In this document: positions 8,859-19,779 of the stretch, in pieces
Position numbering within the stretch: position 1 is the stretch's first letter
Layout: each line of letters begins with the position of its first letter
Source of the DNA: an uncultured delta proteobacterium
Lineage (GTDB): Bacteria; Desulfobacterota; Desulfomonilia; UBA1062
Length of the DNA: 64,000 nucleotides
Assembly (NCBI GenBank): GCA_963785235.1
Contig: CAWAUM010000005.1
Location: 544,001-608,000 of the forward strand
Direction of reading: 5' to 3'
Notes under the pieces: model-generated
Databases searched by the model: none
What the model was told of the DNA's origin: nothing
What the model saw: only the letters and a program-made list of their open reading frames with translations
Program-made: the position numbers and the translations under genes

Positions 8859-10373
8859 ATGGCACTGCTGGAAAAGGAAGCGATCGAGATATTCAGCCAT
8901 AGTGTCTTCAACAGCCACGATCTAGAGCTCTCTATCAATGAGGTCTATAAATTCTTCAAAAGATATTTTCCCCTGGATTTCATGAACTTGCCCATCTACG
9001 ATGCCCAGCTCGGCACCTTGCGATATCGGGCGTTCGTTACAGACGAGGGGGTCATCCTTGCGGACGAGACCGTCAGGTTGTCCAAGGCCGCTCAGAAAGA
9101 AGCCCTAAAAGTCATTTCCCAGAAGGTCATTTCCTTTGGAGACTTTCAACGCCATTCCATCACCAGGGAAGTCGCAGCCCATCTGGGGATCGACGACAAC
9201 GGAGGGGCCAGCATCGCCCTTGTCATTGAGCTGGGACCGTCCCGCTATGGGGTGCTCGGCCTCGCCGCCTGGGGGGAAGATCCCTATAAGGGAATGCACC
9301 TCAAGCTTCTGGAAGAGCTTTACGAGCCCATTGCAAGTACCGTGCGGCACATCCTGTCCCAGCTCGAGATCATAAGTCTGAAACAGCGCCTCATCAGAGA
9401 AAACCAGGATATCAGGAAGCGCCTGATGGGACAGCGCTTTATCGGTGCTGTAACTGGTCTCAAAGAGGTCATGTCTCTGGTCGAGCAGTCCGCCCCTCTG
9501 GATGTCCCTGTGCTCATCATGGGAGAAACCGGGGTGGGCAAAGAGGTGGTTGCCAATGCCATCCATCATCTCTCGAAACGTTCCGACGGGCCCATGGTAA
9601 GCATCAACTGCGGCGCCATCCCCGACAATCTGCTCGACAGCGAGCTTTTCGGCCACGAGAAAGGGGCGTTTACCGGTGCCGACTCCTTGAAGCAGGGGTA
9701 TTTTGAGCAGGCCGATCGGGGCACTATCTTCATGGACGAGATTGGCGAGCTTACCTTGCAGGCCCAAGTAAAGCTGCTCAGGGTGCTGCAGGACATGACT
9801 TTCCATCGTGTAGGTGGAAAGAGGCCCATTTCGGTGGATGTACGGGTGGTCGCTGCCACAAACCGTGACCTCACGAACCTCATTACGAACCTGCAGTTCC
9901 GAAAGGACCTGTGGTTCAGGCTCAATGTCTTTCCCATCCATATCCCGCCCTTAAGGGAGCGCAAAATAGATATACCGGCCCTGGCTGAATACTTTATCAG
10001 GCGCCAGACCATCGAAATGAACCTTCCGTACAAGTCCCAATTCACTCCGGGTGCAATAGAACAACTGCAGGATTATGATTGGCCAGGGAATGTCAGGGAG
10101 TTGCAGAACATCATCGAGCGTGCGTTGATTATTAGCCGTGGAGAACCATTGTCGTTCCCGAGCCTTGTCGGTGTTCCCCGTGAAGAATATACCGTTGCTA
10201 TTCCTCAGGACCCAGTCCGCTACCTGACCTTGGATGAGATAATAGACAAATACATCAGGCAGACCCTTGTTTTAACAAAGGGCCGCATCTCGGGCAAGAG
10301 AGGTGCTGCAAATCTCCTAGGGATAAACCCGTCCACACTGAGAGCGCGAATGAAAAAACTTGGCATCCTATAA
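8859..10373 (+). CDS. sigma54-dependent enhancer-binding protein (GAF-like + AAA+ + Fis HTH)
   Basis: GETGVGKE, SELFGHEKGAFTGA, DEIGE, WPGNVRELQN, AANLLGINPSTL. Confidence 0.97.
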   Translation: MALLEKEAIEIFSHSVFNSHDLELSINEVYKFFKRYFPLDFMNLPIYDAQLGTLRYRAFVTDEGVILADETVRLSKAAQKEALKVISQKVISFGDFQRHSITREVAAHLGIDDNGGASIALVIELGPSRYGVLGLAAWGEDPYKGMHLKLLEELYEPIASTVRHILSQLEIISLKQRLIRENQDIRKRLMGQRFIGAVTGLKEVMSLVEQSAPLDVPVLIMGETGVGKEVVANAIHHLSKRSDGPMVSINCGAIPDNLLDSELFGHEKGAFTGADSLKQGYFEQADRGTIFMDEIGELTLQAQVKLLRVLQDMTFHRVGGKRPISVDVRVVAATNRDLTNLITNLQFRKDLWFRLNVFPIHIPPLRERKIDIPALAEYFIRRQTIEMNLPYKSQFTPGAIEQLQDYDWPGNVRELQNIIERALIISRGEPLSFPSLVGVPREEYTVAIPQDPVRYLTLDEIIDKYIRQTLVLTKGRISGKRGAANLLGINPSTLRARMKKLGIL

Positions 10374-10851
10374 AACGCTTACTCAAAAATGATCTGCTAA
10401 CCCCAAAATCAAATCATGAACCATAGATTATTCAACAGCATCAGCAGTTCTACCAGACCTGAGAAACTGATGAGTACATGCCATCAGGTTCGCTCTAGAT
10501 TGAACTGTCTGTTTGTGTAGGTAATATTTGCAAATCACCGGTTCTGGGACATTCTGAAACCACCCATCTTATTGCATAATCATAGCTTTAGCCAATACGA
10601 ATAGTTTTGATCAAATCAGTGGCATACAATGATACACGGTTGTACTTATATGGCTAATAATTACTGTCTCAACCTTCATCCGTTCGAGTAAAAGAGTTAC
10701 TGTGTATTTCCCTTAAGTCCTGGCCATTTGATTCTGTACGTCCTTACAGCTTAAAAAGAGTACAACATGTAATCTGTCAGAATTGTATAGGACCTGCTGT
10801 CAATAGGTTATGATCCGGATGTTAGCCTTCACATCATTTTAAAAACCTTAC

Positions 10852-11193
10852 ATGGCATCAAATGTGGTTGTCTCAAAAATATTATACATTATATTAATCA
10901 TCATCATCAGGACCATCGTCCCGATCATCAAGGCAGAATCTCCAGTTCCCGGAGGAGAAGACGAAAGCGGGCTGGGCGATATCCAGCAGAGCTTCTTCAT
11001 TTCGCCCGTGAAACCGGTGAACGGATGGAGCATGGAGTTTGGTCCTGTTTTCCTCTATCCATCGGCGAGAAATGATGCCTTGGGAACCGAGAAGTGGTGC
11101 GCTGGACCGACTGGTGATGTGCTGAGGCAGGAAAGCGGGTTCACCTACGGCCTGCTGGCCAATCATCTCTGGTCATTTGCCGGCACCGTATGA
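10852..11193 (+). pseudogene. Fragment of a sulfatase-associated outer-membrane beta-barrel ('transporter') gene
   Basis: GLGDIQQSFFISP...FGPVFLYPSA...LGTEKW.AGPT...YGLLANHLWSFAG; no signal peptide, truncated at both ends. Confidence 0.55.
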
Positions 11194-11218
11194 AACTAAC
11201 AAAAAAAAGGAGAAAGTT

Positions 11219-11901
11219 ATGAAGAAATCAATAAAAATGGCAGTTGTAACAATGATCTGTTTCGCTTTCGCAGTGTCGGTCACTTCCTGCGCATAGGTTC
11301 AGAAGAACTCGGGTTTCCTGGGTGATAATTAGGTGATAATTACAAGAAGTTGGAACCGGGACCAGAAGGCTCTCTTAAAATGCGATGGATCAAGCCAGGA
11401 TATGATTTTACAAAATACAACAAGGTGATGCTGGACAGTGTTGTGTTCTACTTTGCCCCTGATTCAGAGGATAAGGGCATCGACGCTAATGTGATGAAAG
11501 AGCTGACAGACTCCTTCAACACTGAGCTGGTGAATGCCTTGAAAGACAAGTACACTATCGTTAATGAGCCGGGCCCTGATGTCATTCGCTGGAGGATTGC
11601 GTTGACAGGCATCAAGCAGAGCAGGCTTATCATTAGTTGTTTCTCCTCAGTCATGCCCCCCGCGCTGGCAGCCAATCCCGTAACCAAAGTCACCACAGGG
11701 GCATGGATCGGCTCAGGCGCAACAGGTGCGGAGTCGATGGTGCTCGACAGCATGACCAATGAGGTTATCGGCCTTGGCCAGGATGAACAGATTGCAGGGT
11801 TCACGGAAAGGTTCAGCACGTACGGGTCGGCTAATGAGGCCTTCAAGTTCTGGGCAACCAGAATGAGGGCTATAATGGACGTAGTTCAGACTAAGAAGTA
11901 G
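11219..11901 (+). pseudogene. DUF3313-like lipoprotein, disrupted
   Basis: RBS + MKKSIKM...VTSC lipobox; TAG at 11294-11296; tandem 11-bp duplication GGTGATAATTA (11321-11342) shifts frame; SGFLG and KYNKVMLDSV motifs. Confidence 0.7.
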
Positions 11902-11988
11902 TACGACGAGTGGTTTTACTAAAGATACGGGTTGAAAAGGTGGTGGCTGGTAGTTTAATATATTCAACAATGGGGAAAGGAGTGTGCA

Positions 11989-13833
11989 ATGGAGACCATG
12001 CTGCAGCGCTTGATGCGCGCCATAGTTAGGAAACCAGTAAACCTGAGTCGGTTGCTGAGAACACTGGGTATCATCGGCATGGTCGCCGTGCTCGCCGCGC
12101 CTGTTATCGCCTCCGCTGCAGATGCATCCCGACGGCCGAACATTGTCATCATCTTGGGCGATGACATGGGGTACTCAGACATGGGCTCGTTCGGCAGCGA
12201 AATCAAAACACCGAACCTCGACTCGCTGGCGAGCGACGGTGTGCGCTTTACAAACTTCTACACGCACGCCACCTGCTCGCCAACTCGGTCCATGCTGCTG
12301 AGCGGCGTCGATACCCACCTGAACGGCCTGGGCAACATGGATGAGTGGACCGCGCCCAACCAGTGGGGCGTTGACGGCTACGAGGGCAATCTCAACGACA
12401 AGGTGGTCACGCTGCCGCAGCTGCTCAAGGATGCCGGCTATCACACCTATATGGTGGGCAAGTGGCACTTGGGTAAAAAACCCGAACAGATCCCGGCAGC
12501 GCGCGGGTTCGAGCGCGACTTTTCGCTGCTCGACGGTGCGGGCAGCTACTGGGACATGACGAATTTCACCGCCGCGGCGCCGCAGTCGGTCTACACCGAA
12601 GACGGGCGCTATCTGACGAAGCTTCCCGAGGACTACTACGCGACAAAGACCTACACGGATAAGCTGATCGGATACATCGACGCCAACCATAGCGATGGCA
12701 AACCCTTCTTCGCCTATGTCTCCCACCAGGCGCCGCACGATCCGCTGCACATGCCGCAGGAGTGGCGCACCCGCCACATCGGCGAGTATGACAAGGGCTG
12801 GGACGCGGTGAGGGAGGAGCGGCTGAAGAAAGAGATAGAGCTCGGCATCATCCCCAAAGGCACGCAGCTCTCCGAGCGGATGTGGTTCCTGCCCGATCCC
12901 ATCGTGCTCGCCCCGGGGCCCAGGGCGGTCCTCGGAAAGAAGATGGAGCTCTACGCCGGCATGATGGAGAACCTCGACTTCCACGTGGGCCGGCTCATCG
13001 ACCATCTCAAGAAGATCGGCGAGTACGAGAACACAATCTTCATCATCTTCGGCGACAACGGCGCCGAAGGCACGGACCTCTTCAAAATGATCGCGGGTTC
13101 GCCCGGCACGCGCGACTTCCTCTTCGCAGCCATGAAGTGGTCGCAGACCCATCCTAACGCGTGGGGCGATCACGACACGTACGTTGGCTATGGCCCGATG
13201 TGGGCGCAGGTGTCCATGACGCCCTTCAGCCAGTACAAGGGGTGGATGGGTGAAGGCGGCATCAGGAACGCGCTCATCGTCAGCGGTCCGGCAGTCAACC
13301 GGACCAAAGGGAGCATCAACCACGGGCTCATGCACGTGGGCGACATCATGCCCACGCTGCTCGAGATCGCCGGCGCCAGCTACCCGAAAACCCGCGACGG
13401 GCACGAGCTTCCCAGCCTCTACGGCAAATCCTGGGTTCCCATGCTCTCGGGCAAGGCGGATTCGCCACGGACGGCGCAGGACTACCTGGCCTGGGAAATC
13501 TTCGGAAACCGTGCAGTCATCCAGGGAGGGTGGAAGATCCGCTGCGAGTATAAGCCGTTCGGCAAGGGGGTATGGGAGCTGTACAACATAGCGGCCGATC
13601 CCTCCGAGAAAAAGGACCTTGCCGCCGAGCAGCCCGAAAAGGTGAAGGAGATGATCAAGCTCTGGGACCGCTACGTCCAGGCGAACAACGTGATCCTGCC
13701 GAGCCGCTCCATGTTCGAAACCCTGGAAGACGCTCTTCCGCCGCGCGTCCCGGTCGAGCCCGGCTACCCGCCGCTACTCTACAAGAAGCAGTTCGTGCCG
13801 CCCGAGAACATGATGGCTGATCCCAAACCTTGA
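11989..13833 (+). CDS. Exported arylsulfatase (Cys-type formylglycine sulfatase)
   Basis: RPNIVIILGDDMG, CSPTRSMLLSG (CxPxR), GKWHLG, APHDP, DNG; signal peptide. Confidence 0.95.
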   Translation: METMLQRLMRAIVRKPVNLSRLLRTLGIIGMVAVLAAPVIASAADASRRPNIVIILGDDMGYSDMGSFGSEIKTPNLDSLASDGVRFTNFYTHATCSPTRSMLLSGVDTHLNGLGNMDEWTAPNQWGVDGYEGNLNDKVVTLPQLLKDAGYHTYMVGKWHLGKKPEQIPAARGFERDFSLLDGAGSYWDMTNFTAAAPQSVYTEDGRYLTKLPEDYYATKTYTDKLIGYIDANHSDGKPFFAYVSHQAPHDPLHMPQEWRTRHIGEYDKGWDAVREERLKKEIELGIIPKGTQLSERMWFLPDPIVLAPGPRAVLGKKMELYAGMMENLDFHVGRLIDHLKKIGEYENTIFIIFGDNGAEGTDLFKMIAGSPGTRDFLFAAMKWSQTHPNAWGDHDTYVGYGPMWAQVSMTPFSQYKGWMGEGGIRNALIVSGPAVNRTKGSINHGLMHVGDIMPTLLEIAGASYPKTRDGHELPSLYGKSWVPMLSGKADSPRTAQDYLAWEIFGNRAVIQGGWKIRCEYKPFGKGVWELYNIAADPSEKKDLAAEQPEKVKEMIKLWDRYVQANNVILPSRSMFETLEDALPPRVPVEPGYPPLLYKKQFVPPENMMADPKP

Positions 13834-13877
13834 GCGTTATGACGATCCGAGAATTAATCTGGAAGGATGGAGATCTC

Positions 13878-14876
13878 ATGAAAGACAACGGAGGTCGGAT
13901 GAAATCGGTTGCTTGGTTGCAGATGGTCGCCTTAACGATGTTCGCCACGGGCTTGCTCTGCCCTCCACAGGCTCTGGCCCAGCTGCCGGCGCGCTTCTAC
14001 TGGAAGACTCTTACGTATGCGAAGGCGGCGCCTCTCGTCTACGAGTCGTTGAGCGGCAACACGAACCCTTTCGATCCCGCCCATACCATTACGCCGGATG
14101 CGAATTTTGACGCAACCATGGCCATGGCGTGTTTTGCGCAGACCTTCTCCCTGTTCGATCGCGCGGCCATGGGTGTGCTCATCATGCCCATGGGGCGTAT
14201 TTCGGGCGAGGTCACCGTGGCCGGCCAGACGGCAAAACAATCGACCAGGGGGTTCGGCGACCCGATGCTCGAGTTCGACATCAATGTCCTCGGCCCTCAG
14301 GCACAGAAAGGCATCCCCGATGTCGTGCGCTATGAACCGGGATTGTCCGTCGACCTGCTCGTTGACCTGGCGCTGCCGATCGGAGAGTACGACAACGACC
14401 AGCCCCTGAATATCGGGCAGCACAGATGGTATGGACGCCTGGGCTTGCCCATCGTCTTGCAGCTCGGCCCATGGGTGCCGGGCCGGCGAACGACCCTGGA
14501 ATTCCTGCCTGCCGTATGGTTATTCGGAAACAATAACGACTATGTCGGGCAGACCATGGAGACCGATCCGATGTTCCAACTGGACGCTCACTTGTCACGC
14601 GACTTCACCGAAAGTTTCTGGGGAGCGATCGACGCCACCTGGTACACCGGCGGCAAAGCGACCATCGCCGGTGTCGAGGGGGATAAGGTCAACAACATCG
14701 GCCTGGGGCTCACGCTCGGGTACAACATCAACGACAACCTGAACCTCACCTTCGGCTACATGTCGACCATTAACGACAACTCTCCCACGGACCTTCGCAT
14801 GGACAAGTTCATGATCACGTTCGTGTACGGGTGGCACCCAATTATTGAAGGCATGCGACGCCTGAAGAGCGAGTAG
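13878..14876 (+). CDS. Outer-membrane 'transporter' (SphA / MetA-pathway phenol degradation-like beta-barrel)
   Basis: Signal peptide, GFGDP, PIGEYD...NIGQHRW, alternating beta-strand pattern. Confidence 0.75.
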   Translation: MKDNGGRMKSVAWLQMVALTMFATGLLCPPQALAQLPARFYWKTLTYAKAAPLVYESLSGNTNPFDPAHTITPDANFDATMAMACFAQTFSLFDRAAMGVLIMPMGRISGEVTVAGQTAKQSTRGFGDPMLEFDINVLGPQAQKGIPDVVRYEPGLSVDLLVDLALPIGEYDNDQPLNIGQHRWYGRLGLPIVLQLGPWVPGRRTTLEFLPAVWLFGNNNDYVGQTMETDPMFQLDAHLSRDFTESFWGAIDATWYTGGKATIAGVEGDKVNNIGLGLTLGYNINDNLNLTFGYMSTINDNSPTDLRMDKFMITFVYGWHPIIEGMRRLKSE

Positions 14877-14964
14877 CATTCATTACTAGCTCAGGCACAA
14901 TGGTCGAAGAGGTTCAAGGGCTAACCTTGGTATTTCTGCAACGGCTTCGTGAAGGTGTTGGTAA

Positions 14965-17343
14965 ATGAAAAGGCTTTCCCTGTTTCTCGGTGTTGTCCTG
15001 CTTGTCAGCTTGATTCTGGTAAATGGCCTTCCCGGCCAGAGCCCCATCGCCCAGAACCTCTCAGGTGGGACGAAGATGCCCAATCAATCCGACTATGCCG
15101 GCTCTGCAAGCTGCATCAAGTGCCACGAGAAGTTCTACAAGCTCTGGTCCACCTCCTTTCACGGCCTGGCCATGCAGCCCTACTCGGCAACGCTCGCCAA
15201 GGAAAATCTCACCCCCCAGGCAAAGGACATCGTTATCGGCAAGTACCGCTACCGCATGGATGTCTCGCCCGAGGGCGGGTTCATGACGGAGAGGGGCCCG
15301 AAAGGGACAAGGACCTACACAATAGAGCATGTGATGGGTGGAAAGAACGTCTTCTACTTTCTCACAACCCTCGGGAAGGGGCGGCTGCAGACTCTGCCTG
15401 TGGCTTACGACACGAACCGCAAGGAGTGGCTCGACACTGCTGCAAGCAGCCTCCGCCACATCCCGGATCAGAGGGCAGAAGCGCCCTTTCACTGGAAAGA
15501 TCCCGAATACACGTTCAACTCCCAATGCTACAGCTGCCACGTGAGCCAGCTTTCGACCAACTACGACCCGAAAACGGACGTTTATCGGACCGTCTGGCGC
15601 GAGCCTGGGATCAACTGCGAGGCCTGCCATGGGCCCAGTGAAGAGCACAATCGGGTCAGCGCTGAAGCCCCGAAGGGGACGGTCCCGGCGGATCTCAAGA
15701 TCATCAGCTGGAAAAAATTCACGCCGGCCCAGAAAAACGACTCCTGCGCCCCCTGTCACGCCAAGATGGTTCCAATTACGAATATCTTCATGCCGGGAGA
15801 CAGGTTCTCCGATCATCACGATCTCATAGCCCTGGAGAACCTTGACTACTACCCCGATGGCCGGGACCTGGGGGAGAATTTCACCTATACGACATGGCTC
15901 ATGAGCCCCTGTGTGAAGTCCGGCAAGCTCGATTGTCTCCACTGCCACACGTCGAGCGGGCGCTACCGTTTCAAGGCAAAGGAAAAACTCAATAACGACT
16001 GTTTACCATGCCATGAGTCCCGCGTGAAGAACTCCCCAGCACACACGAATCACCCACAGGAATCCCCGGGGAACCGCTGTGTATCGTGCCACATGCCAAT
16101 GACAGAGTTTGCGAGGATGAAGCGGAGCGACCACTCTCTGTTGCCGCCGGTGCCGGCATCCACGATTGCTTTCAAGTCCCCCAATGCCTGCAATAACTGC
16201 CACACCGATAAGGACGCCAAGTGGGCCGATGAAAACGTCCGCAAGTGGCGAACACGCGATTACCAGGCCCCTTTTCTGCACCGAGCAGGGCTTGTGGATG
16301 CGGCGAGGAAACGAGACTGGTCGAAACTGTCCGACATAGATACCTTTCTCAAAAGCAAAGACCGTGACGAGATCTTCGCAGCATCGCTCATCCGGCTCTT
16401 GCATCCCTGCCCGCGCCAGGAAAAATGGCCGATAATCCTTGAGGCCATGAACGATCCATCTCCTCTGGTCCGTTCAGCGGCCGCAGAAGCACTATCGGAA
16501 TACCTGTCAGGCAAGGCATATCAGGCTCTGGTCAAAGCCACGGGGGACGAGTACCGGATCGTCCGTATCCGGGCAGCGGCGGCTTTGGCAGGCTTTCCCA
16601 AGGCTGAGATCGGGGAAGCGGACCGAAAGAACGTGGATAGAGCGCTGCAAGAATATATAAATTCACTTATGATCCGGTCGGACCACTGGAGCTCCTACTA
16701 CAACATGGGGAACTACTTACTTAGAGCCGGATACCCACAGCAGGCCCTGGCATCATACGGCGTAGCAACGCAGCGCGACCCGCGCACGCCCGTTCCCCTG
16801 GTCAACATGTCAATGGCCTACGCCCAACTGGCAGATGAGCAAAACGCCGAAAAATCTCTCCGCAAAGCGCTGAAGCTCGATCACCGCAATGCAGCGGCAC
16901 ACTTGAACCTGGGACTACTGTTGGCGCAGCAGAAGAAGATCAAGGAGGCGGAGGAACACCTCCGCCTCGCATGTAAATATGATCCCCAGATGGCAGAGGC
17001 GTCATATAATCTTGGTGTCCTCCTTGGGAAGGATCACCCATTGGAATCGTTGAAAATGCTCCGGAAGGCCTACGAGATCAGCCCAAATCCAAAATACGGC
17101 TATACGCTTGCTTATTTCGAGAGCCATGTGGGAAACTCAGCGGAGGCAGTCTTCATCCTCCGGAAGGTCATCACGACAAAACCTGCCATGGCCGATCCTT
17201 ATCTCTTGCTGGGCAAAATATACGAGTCGGACGGCAAGCGGATCGATGCTGCCCGGGTTTACGAGGAGGCTGCAGATAACGAAAACCTTGCTAGGAATGA
17301 ACGCAGCTTATTCGGGCGGAAAAGCAAACTGATGAAGCAGTAA
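14965..17343 (+). CDS. Octaheme c-type cytochrome with HEAT and TPR repeats
   Basis: Eight CxxCH motifs (CIKCH, CYSCH, CEACH, CAPCH, CLHCH, CLPCH, CVSCH, CNNCH); DPSPLVRSAAA HEAT repeat; C-terminal TPRs; signal peptide. Confidence 0.9.
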   Translation: MKRLSLFLGVVLLVSLILVNGLPGQSPIAQNLSGGTKMPNQSDYAGSASCIKCHEKFYKLWSTSFHGLAMQPYSATLAKENLTPQAKDIVIGKYRYRMDVSPEGGFMTERGPKGTRTYTIEHVMGGKNVFYFLTTLGKGRLQTLPVAYDTNRKEWLDTAASSLRHIPDQRAEAPFHWKDPEYTFNSQCYSCHVSQLSTNYDPKTDVYRTVWREPGINCEACHGPSEEHNRVSAEAPKGTVPADLKIISWKKFTPAQKNDSCAPCHAKMVPITNIFMPGDRFSDHHDLIALENLDYYPDGRDLGENFTYTTWLMSPCVKSGKLDCLHCHTSSGRYRFKAKEKLNNDCLPCHESRVKNSPAHTNHPQESPGNRCVSCHMPMTEFARMKRSDHSLLPPVPASTIAFKSPNACNNCHTDKDAKWADENVRKWRTRDYQAPFLHRAGLVDAARKRDWSKLSDIDTFLKSKDRDEIFAASLIRLLHPCPRQEKWPIILEAMNDPSPLVRSAAAEALSEYLSGKAYQALVKATGDEYRIVRIRAAAALAGFPKAEIGEADRKNVDRALQEYINSLMIRSDHWSSYYNMGNYLLRAGYPQQALASYGVATQRDPRTPVPLVNMSMAYAQLADEQNAEKSLRKALKLDHRNAAAHLNLGLLLAQQKKIKEAEEHLRLACKYDPQMAEASYNLGVLLGKDHPLESLKMLRKAYEISPNPKYGYTLAYFESHVGNSAEAVFILRKVITTKPAMADPYLLLGKIYESDGKRIDAARVYEEAADNENLARNERSLFGRKSKLMKQ

Positions 17344-17366
17344 GAGCCCGTGTGATACTTTGTCCC

Positions 17367-17438
17367 AAGATGACCCAGTCCCAAATAGAAGTGGCCAAGA
17401 AACTGGCAAATAAGTGGAACCTCAATAATGAGACATAG
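17367..17438 (+). pseudogene. C-terminal remnant of a Sel1-repeat protein
   Basis: KMTQSQIEVAKKLANKW resembles the MTPxQIxxAxxLAxxW tail typical of Sel1 proteins. Confidence 0.4.
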
Positions 17439-17731
17439 CTGGCTGGCGCCATGAATATTCCAGAACAGTCATACGGAATAGAGTATATCCATGAAATAAG
17501 GCTAACCCTCCAAAAGTTGGACCCTCCTGCATATTCATCGGGAAAGATAATGTGTCAGAGACAACGAACTGAGTTGATATTTCAAAACCATAGAGTACAT
17601 GCCAGGGATGACGCTTTGGTATGAAGCGACAAGTTTCATATGTTTCAACACAAGATCATCAGTATCTAAAGATTTTAAAACCAAGATTAATTTGAATAAT
17701 CTTAGATAATTGCAAACTGTTGATCGTGGCA

Positions 17732-19592
17732 GAGACCGTTGAAAAAGCTGTTTTTGAAACGAAAGATTTCCCGGTACTTTGGTTAGTTGGTTAGTGTACT
17801 ACCGATAGTCGCAGATTTTGGGTTTTATCGGACCATTCTTTGGTTTCTTATCTCAACCTTCATATCTTTCTCTTCATGCAAAGCCATAATTAGCTATCTT
17901 TCCGATGTTGTGTACCATGCAGTACAGCAACCACTGGATATTCACCTTGATCTTGCCCCTTACTGTGAACCGATCAAGCCGTTTGTGGGTGCGGATATTT
18001 GCGAACACCGGCTCTACTATGGCCATCCTCTGTGGGTAGATCCTGCGTCCCTTCTCACTCTCGATCTTCTCTATCATAAGCTTGGTGAGGTTAATACCAT
18101 CCGAGCCGATGGGAATGTTCAAGGTCTTTGGTCCACGGCCATTGCCATATATGCACTTACCTCTTAACATACAACCGCTGCAGTCCTGTTCTTGTGCACC
18201 ATATATTCGATAGAGCGTACCAGTACAGCGATGGCTCTTTACCTTAAGACCTAGTTTTTTGCCGTTGGGGCATTCGTACTGATCGCTCTCCTCATCATAG
18301 TGGAAATCCTCCAATGCATAATGGGTCCTGATCGAGCGCCCCTTCCTTCCCTTAAACCGAGGATCTCTTGTACGGAATCTCTTATCAGGTATGTAGGCAT
18401 CCATCCCTTCATCCATACACTTCTGGATATTCGCTTTGCTGTGATAGCCGCTGTCAGCAGCGAACATCGCCCCATTGAAGTAATCCCCGGGAAGACCTAT
18501 CTCCTCCACGTTTTCCTTGGCCCCATCCACCATCGGAGGAACAAGGTCATTATCATGGCCAGTACCGAATGCCTCCGCATGTACGATCACCTGTGTCTTG
18601 GAGTCCACTAGCGCTTGACCGTTATATCCCTGGATTGTCCCATTGGATGTCACCATTTTCGAAGACTCGTTGTCTGTGATATTGCTCTTGATCTCCTTTC
18701 CATTCACCCCGAGACGCTCCCCGTTCTCCTTAAGCCATGCCTCGATACGATCAGCCTGCTTCTTCAGTTTTTCGATCTGTCTGCATCGGTAGGAACGATT
18801 ATCAGGGGGAGTTGAATCATCATCTTCCTTCCGGTCTTCCTCTTCCTGTTCTGTCAGCAGTTCATTCACCTTCTCTTCGAGCTTCTGACGCTTCGCCCGT
18901 AACTCAGAAACCGTCCTGCTCCACTGCGGAGATGCATTGCATGATAGCTTGCACCCGTCCAATGCGAAGAACGTTCCCCCGAGTAGCTTCATCTCTTCGC
19001 AAACAAGCAGTACATCCCGAAACAGCGGCAGAATCTCATCCTTCATGGAACTCACGAATGTGGAGATCGTGCTGTGGTCAGGGTACTGCCCGCAAGAAAG
19101 CGCCATGAATACTACATTCTCATGGCAGGCCTGTTCGATCTTCCTCGATGATGTCAGACCCCGTGAATACCCCAGCAATATCACCTTAAGCAGTATCCGT
19201 GGATCGTATGCACGCCGTCCTGTCTCATCATTCCTGTATTTTTCATCGAACAGGCTCATGTCCATACGCTCATCCACAAGCGTGTAAATCGCATACTCCA
19301 GACTCCCGGGCATGATCTGTTCCTTCAACCCTACCGGTATCAGCATGTCCTGTGCGTATGTGTAAGGTTTATACTTTGCCATGGTACCCTCTCGCTTCAG
19401 GAATAGGGAGATTCAGAAAGAAATCTTTCCCGTTAAGACAATAACCTTATATCACATAATATATTGATAATAAAGATCTAATTTACTTTTTTATGAAATA
19501 ATTGATCTGTTTAGGTCTTCTGAACTCGGATTCTTTTTTAAATAAATGATCTGCTTCTATCCTTTGCGTTAGGAGGCTTTTTCAACAGTTTC
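17732..19592 (-). mobile_element. IS1182-family insertion sequence
   Basis: TIRs GAGACCGTTGAAAAAGC (17732-17748) / GCTTTTTCAACAGTTTC (19576-19592), 15/17 identical; flanked by GCA direct repeat. Confidence 0.9.
17874..19382 (-). CDS. IS1182-family DDE transposase
   Basis: GRRAYDPRILLK, SSRKIE, PDHSTI, ALDG, GYNGQ, ADSGY, VEPVFANI. Confidence 0.95.
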   Translation of the reverse strand: MAKYKPYTYAQDMLIPVGLKEQIMPGSLEYAIYTLVDERMDMSLFDEKYRNDETGRRAYDPRILLKVILLGYSRGLTSSRKIEQACHENVVFMALSCGQYPDHSTISTFVSSMKDEILPLFRDVLLVCEEMKLLGGTFFALDGCKLSCNASPQWSRTVSELRAKRQKLEEKVNELLTEQEEEDRKEDDDSTPPDNRSYRCRQIEKLKKQADRIEAWLKENGERLGVNGKEIKSNITDNESSKMVTSNGTIQGYNGQALVDSKTQVIVHAEAFGTGHDNDLVPPMVDGAKENVEEIGLPGDYFNGAMFAADSGYHSKANIQKCMDEGMDAYIPDKRFRTRDPRFKGRKGRSIRTHYALEDFHYDEESDQYECPNGKKLGLKVKSHRCTGTLYRIYGAQEQDCSGCMLRGKCIYGNGRGPKTLNIPIGSDGINLTKLMIEKIESEKGRRIYPQRMAIVEPVFANIRTHKRLDRFTVRGKIKVNIQWLLYCMVHNIGKIANYGFA

Positions 19593-19779
19593 GCACGTAA
19601 TCTCCAGTTTCTCAGGGCTTAAGGGACCGATGATTCTATTTCAGAATCAACCCTGTAATTCCTTTTTTTTATGACTTGACAGGGGAGAGGACCATTATTA
19701 ATGGTAAACCATATTGTGCATATTGTGGGGGATGGGAAAATACCCCTGCGTCCTTTTTGTGCAATATTGGAGGGTTCCT

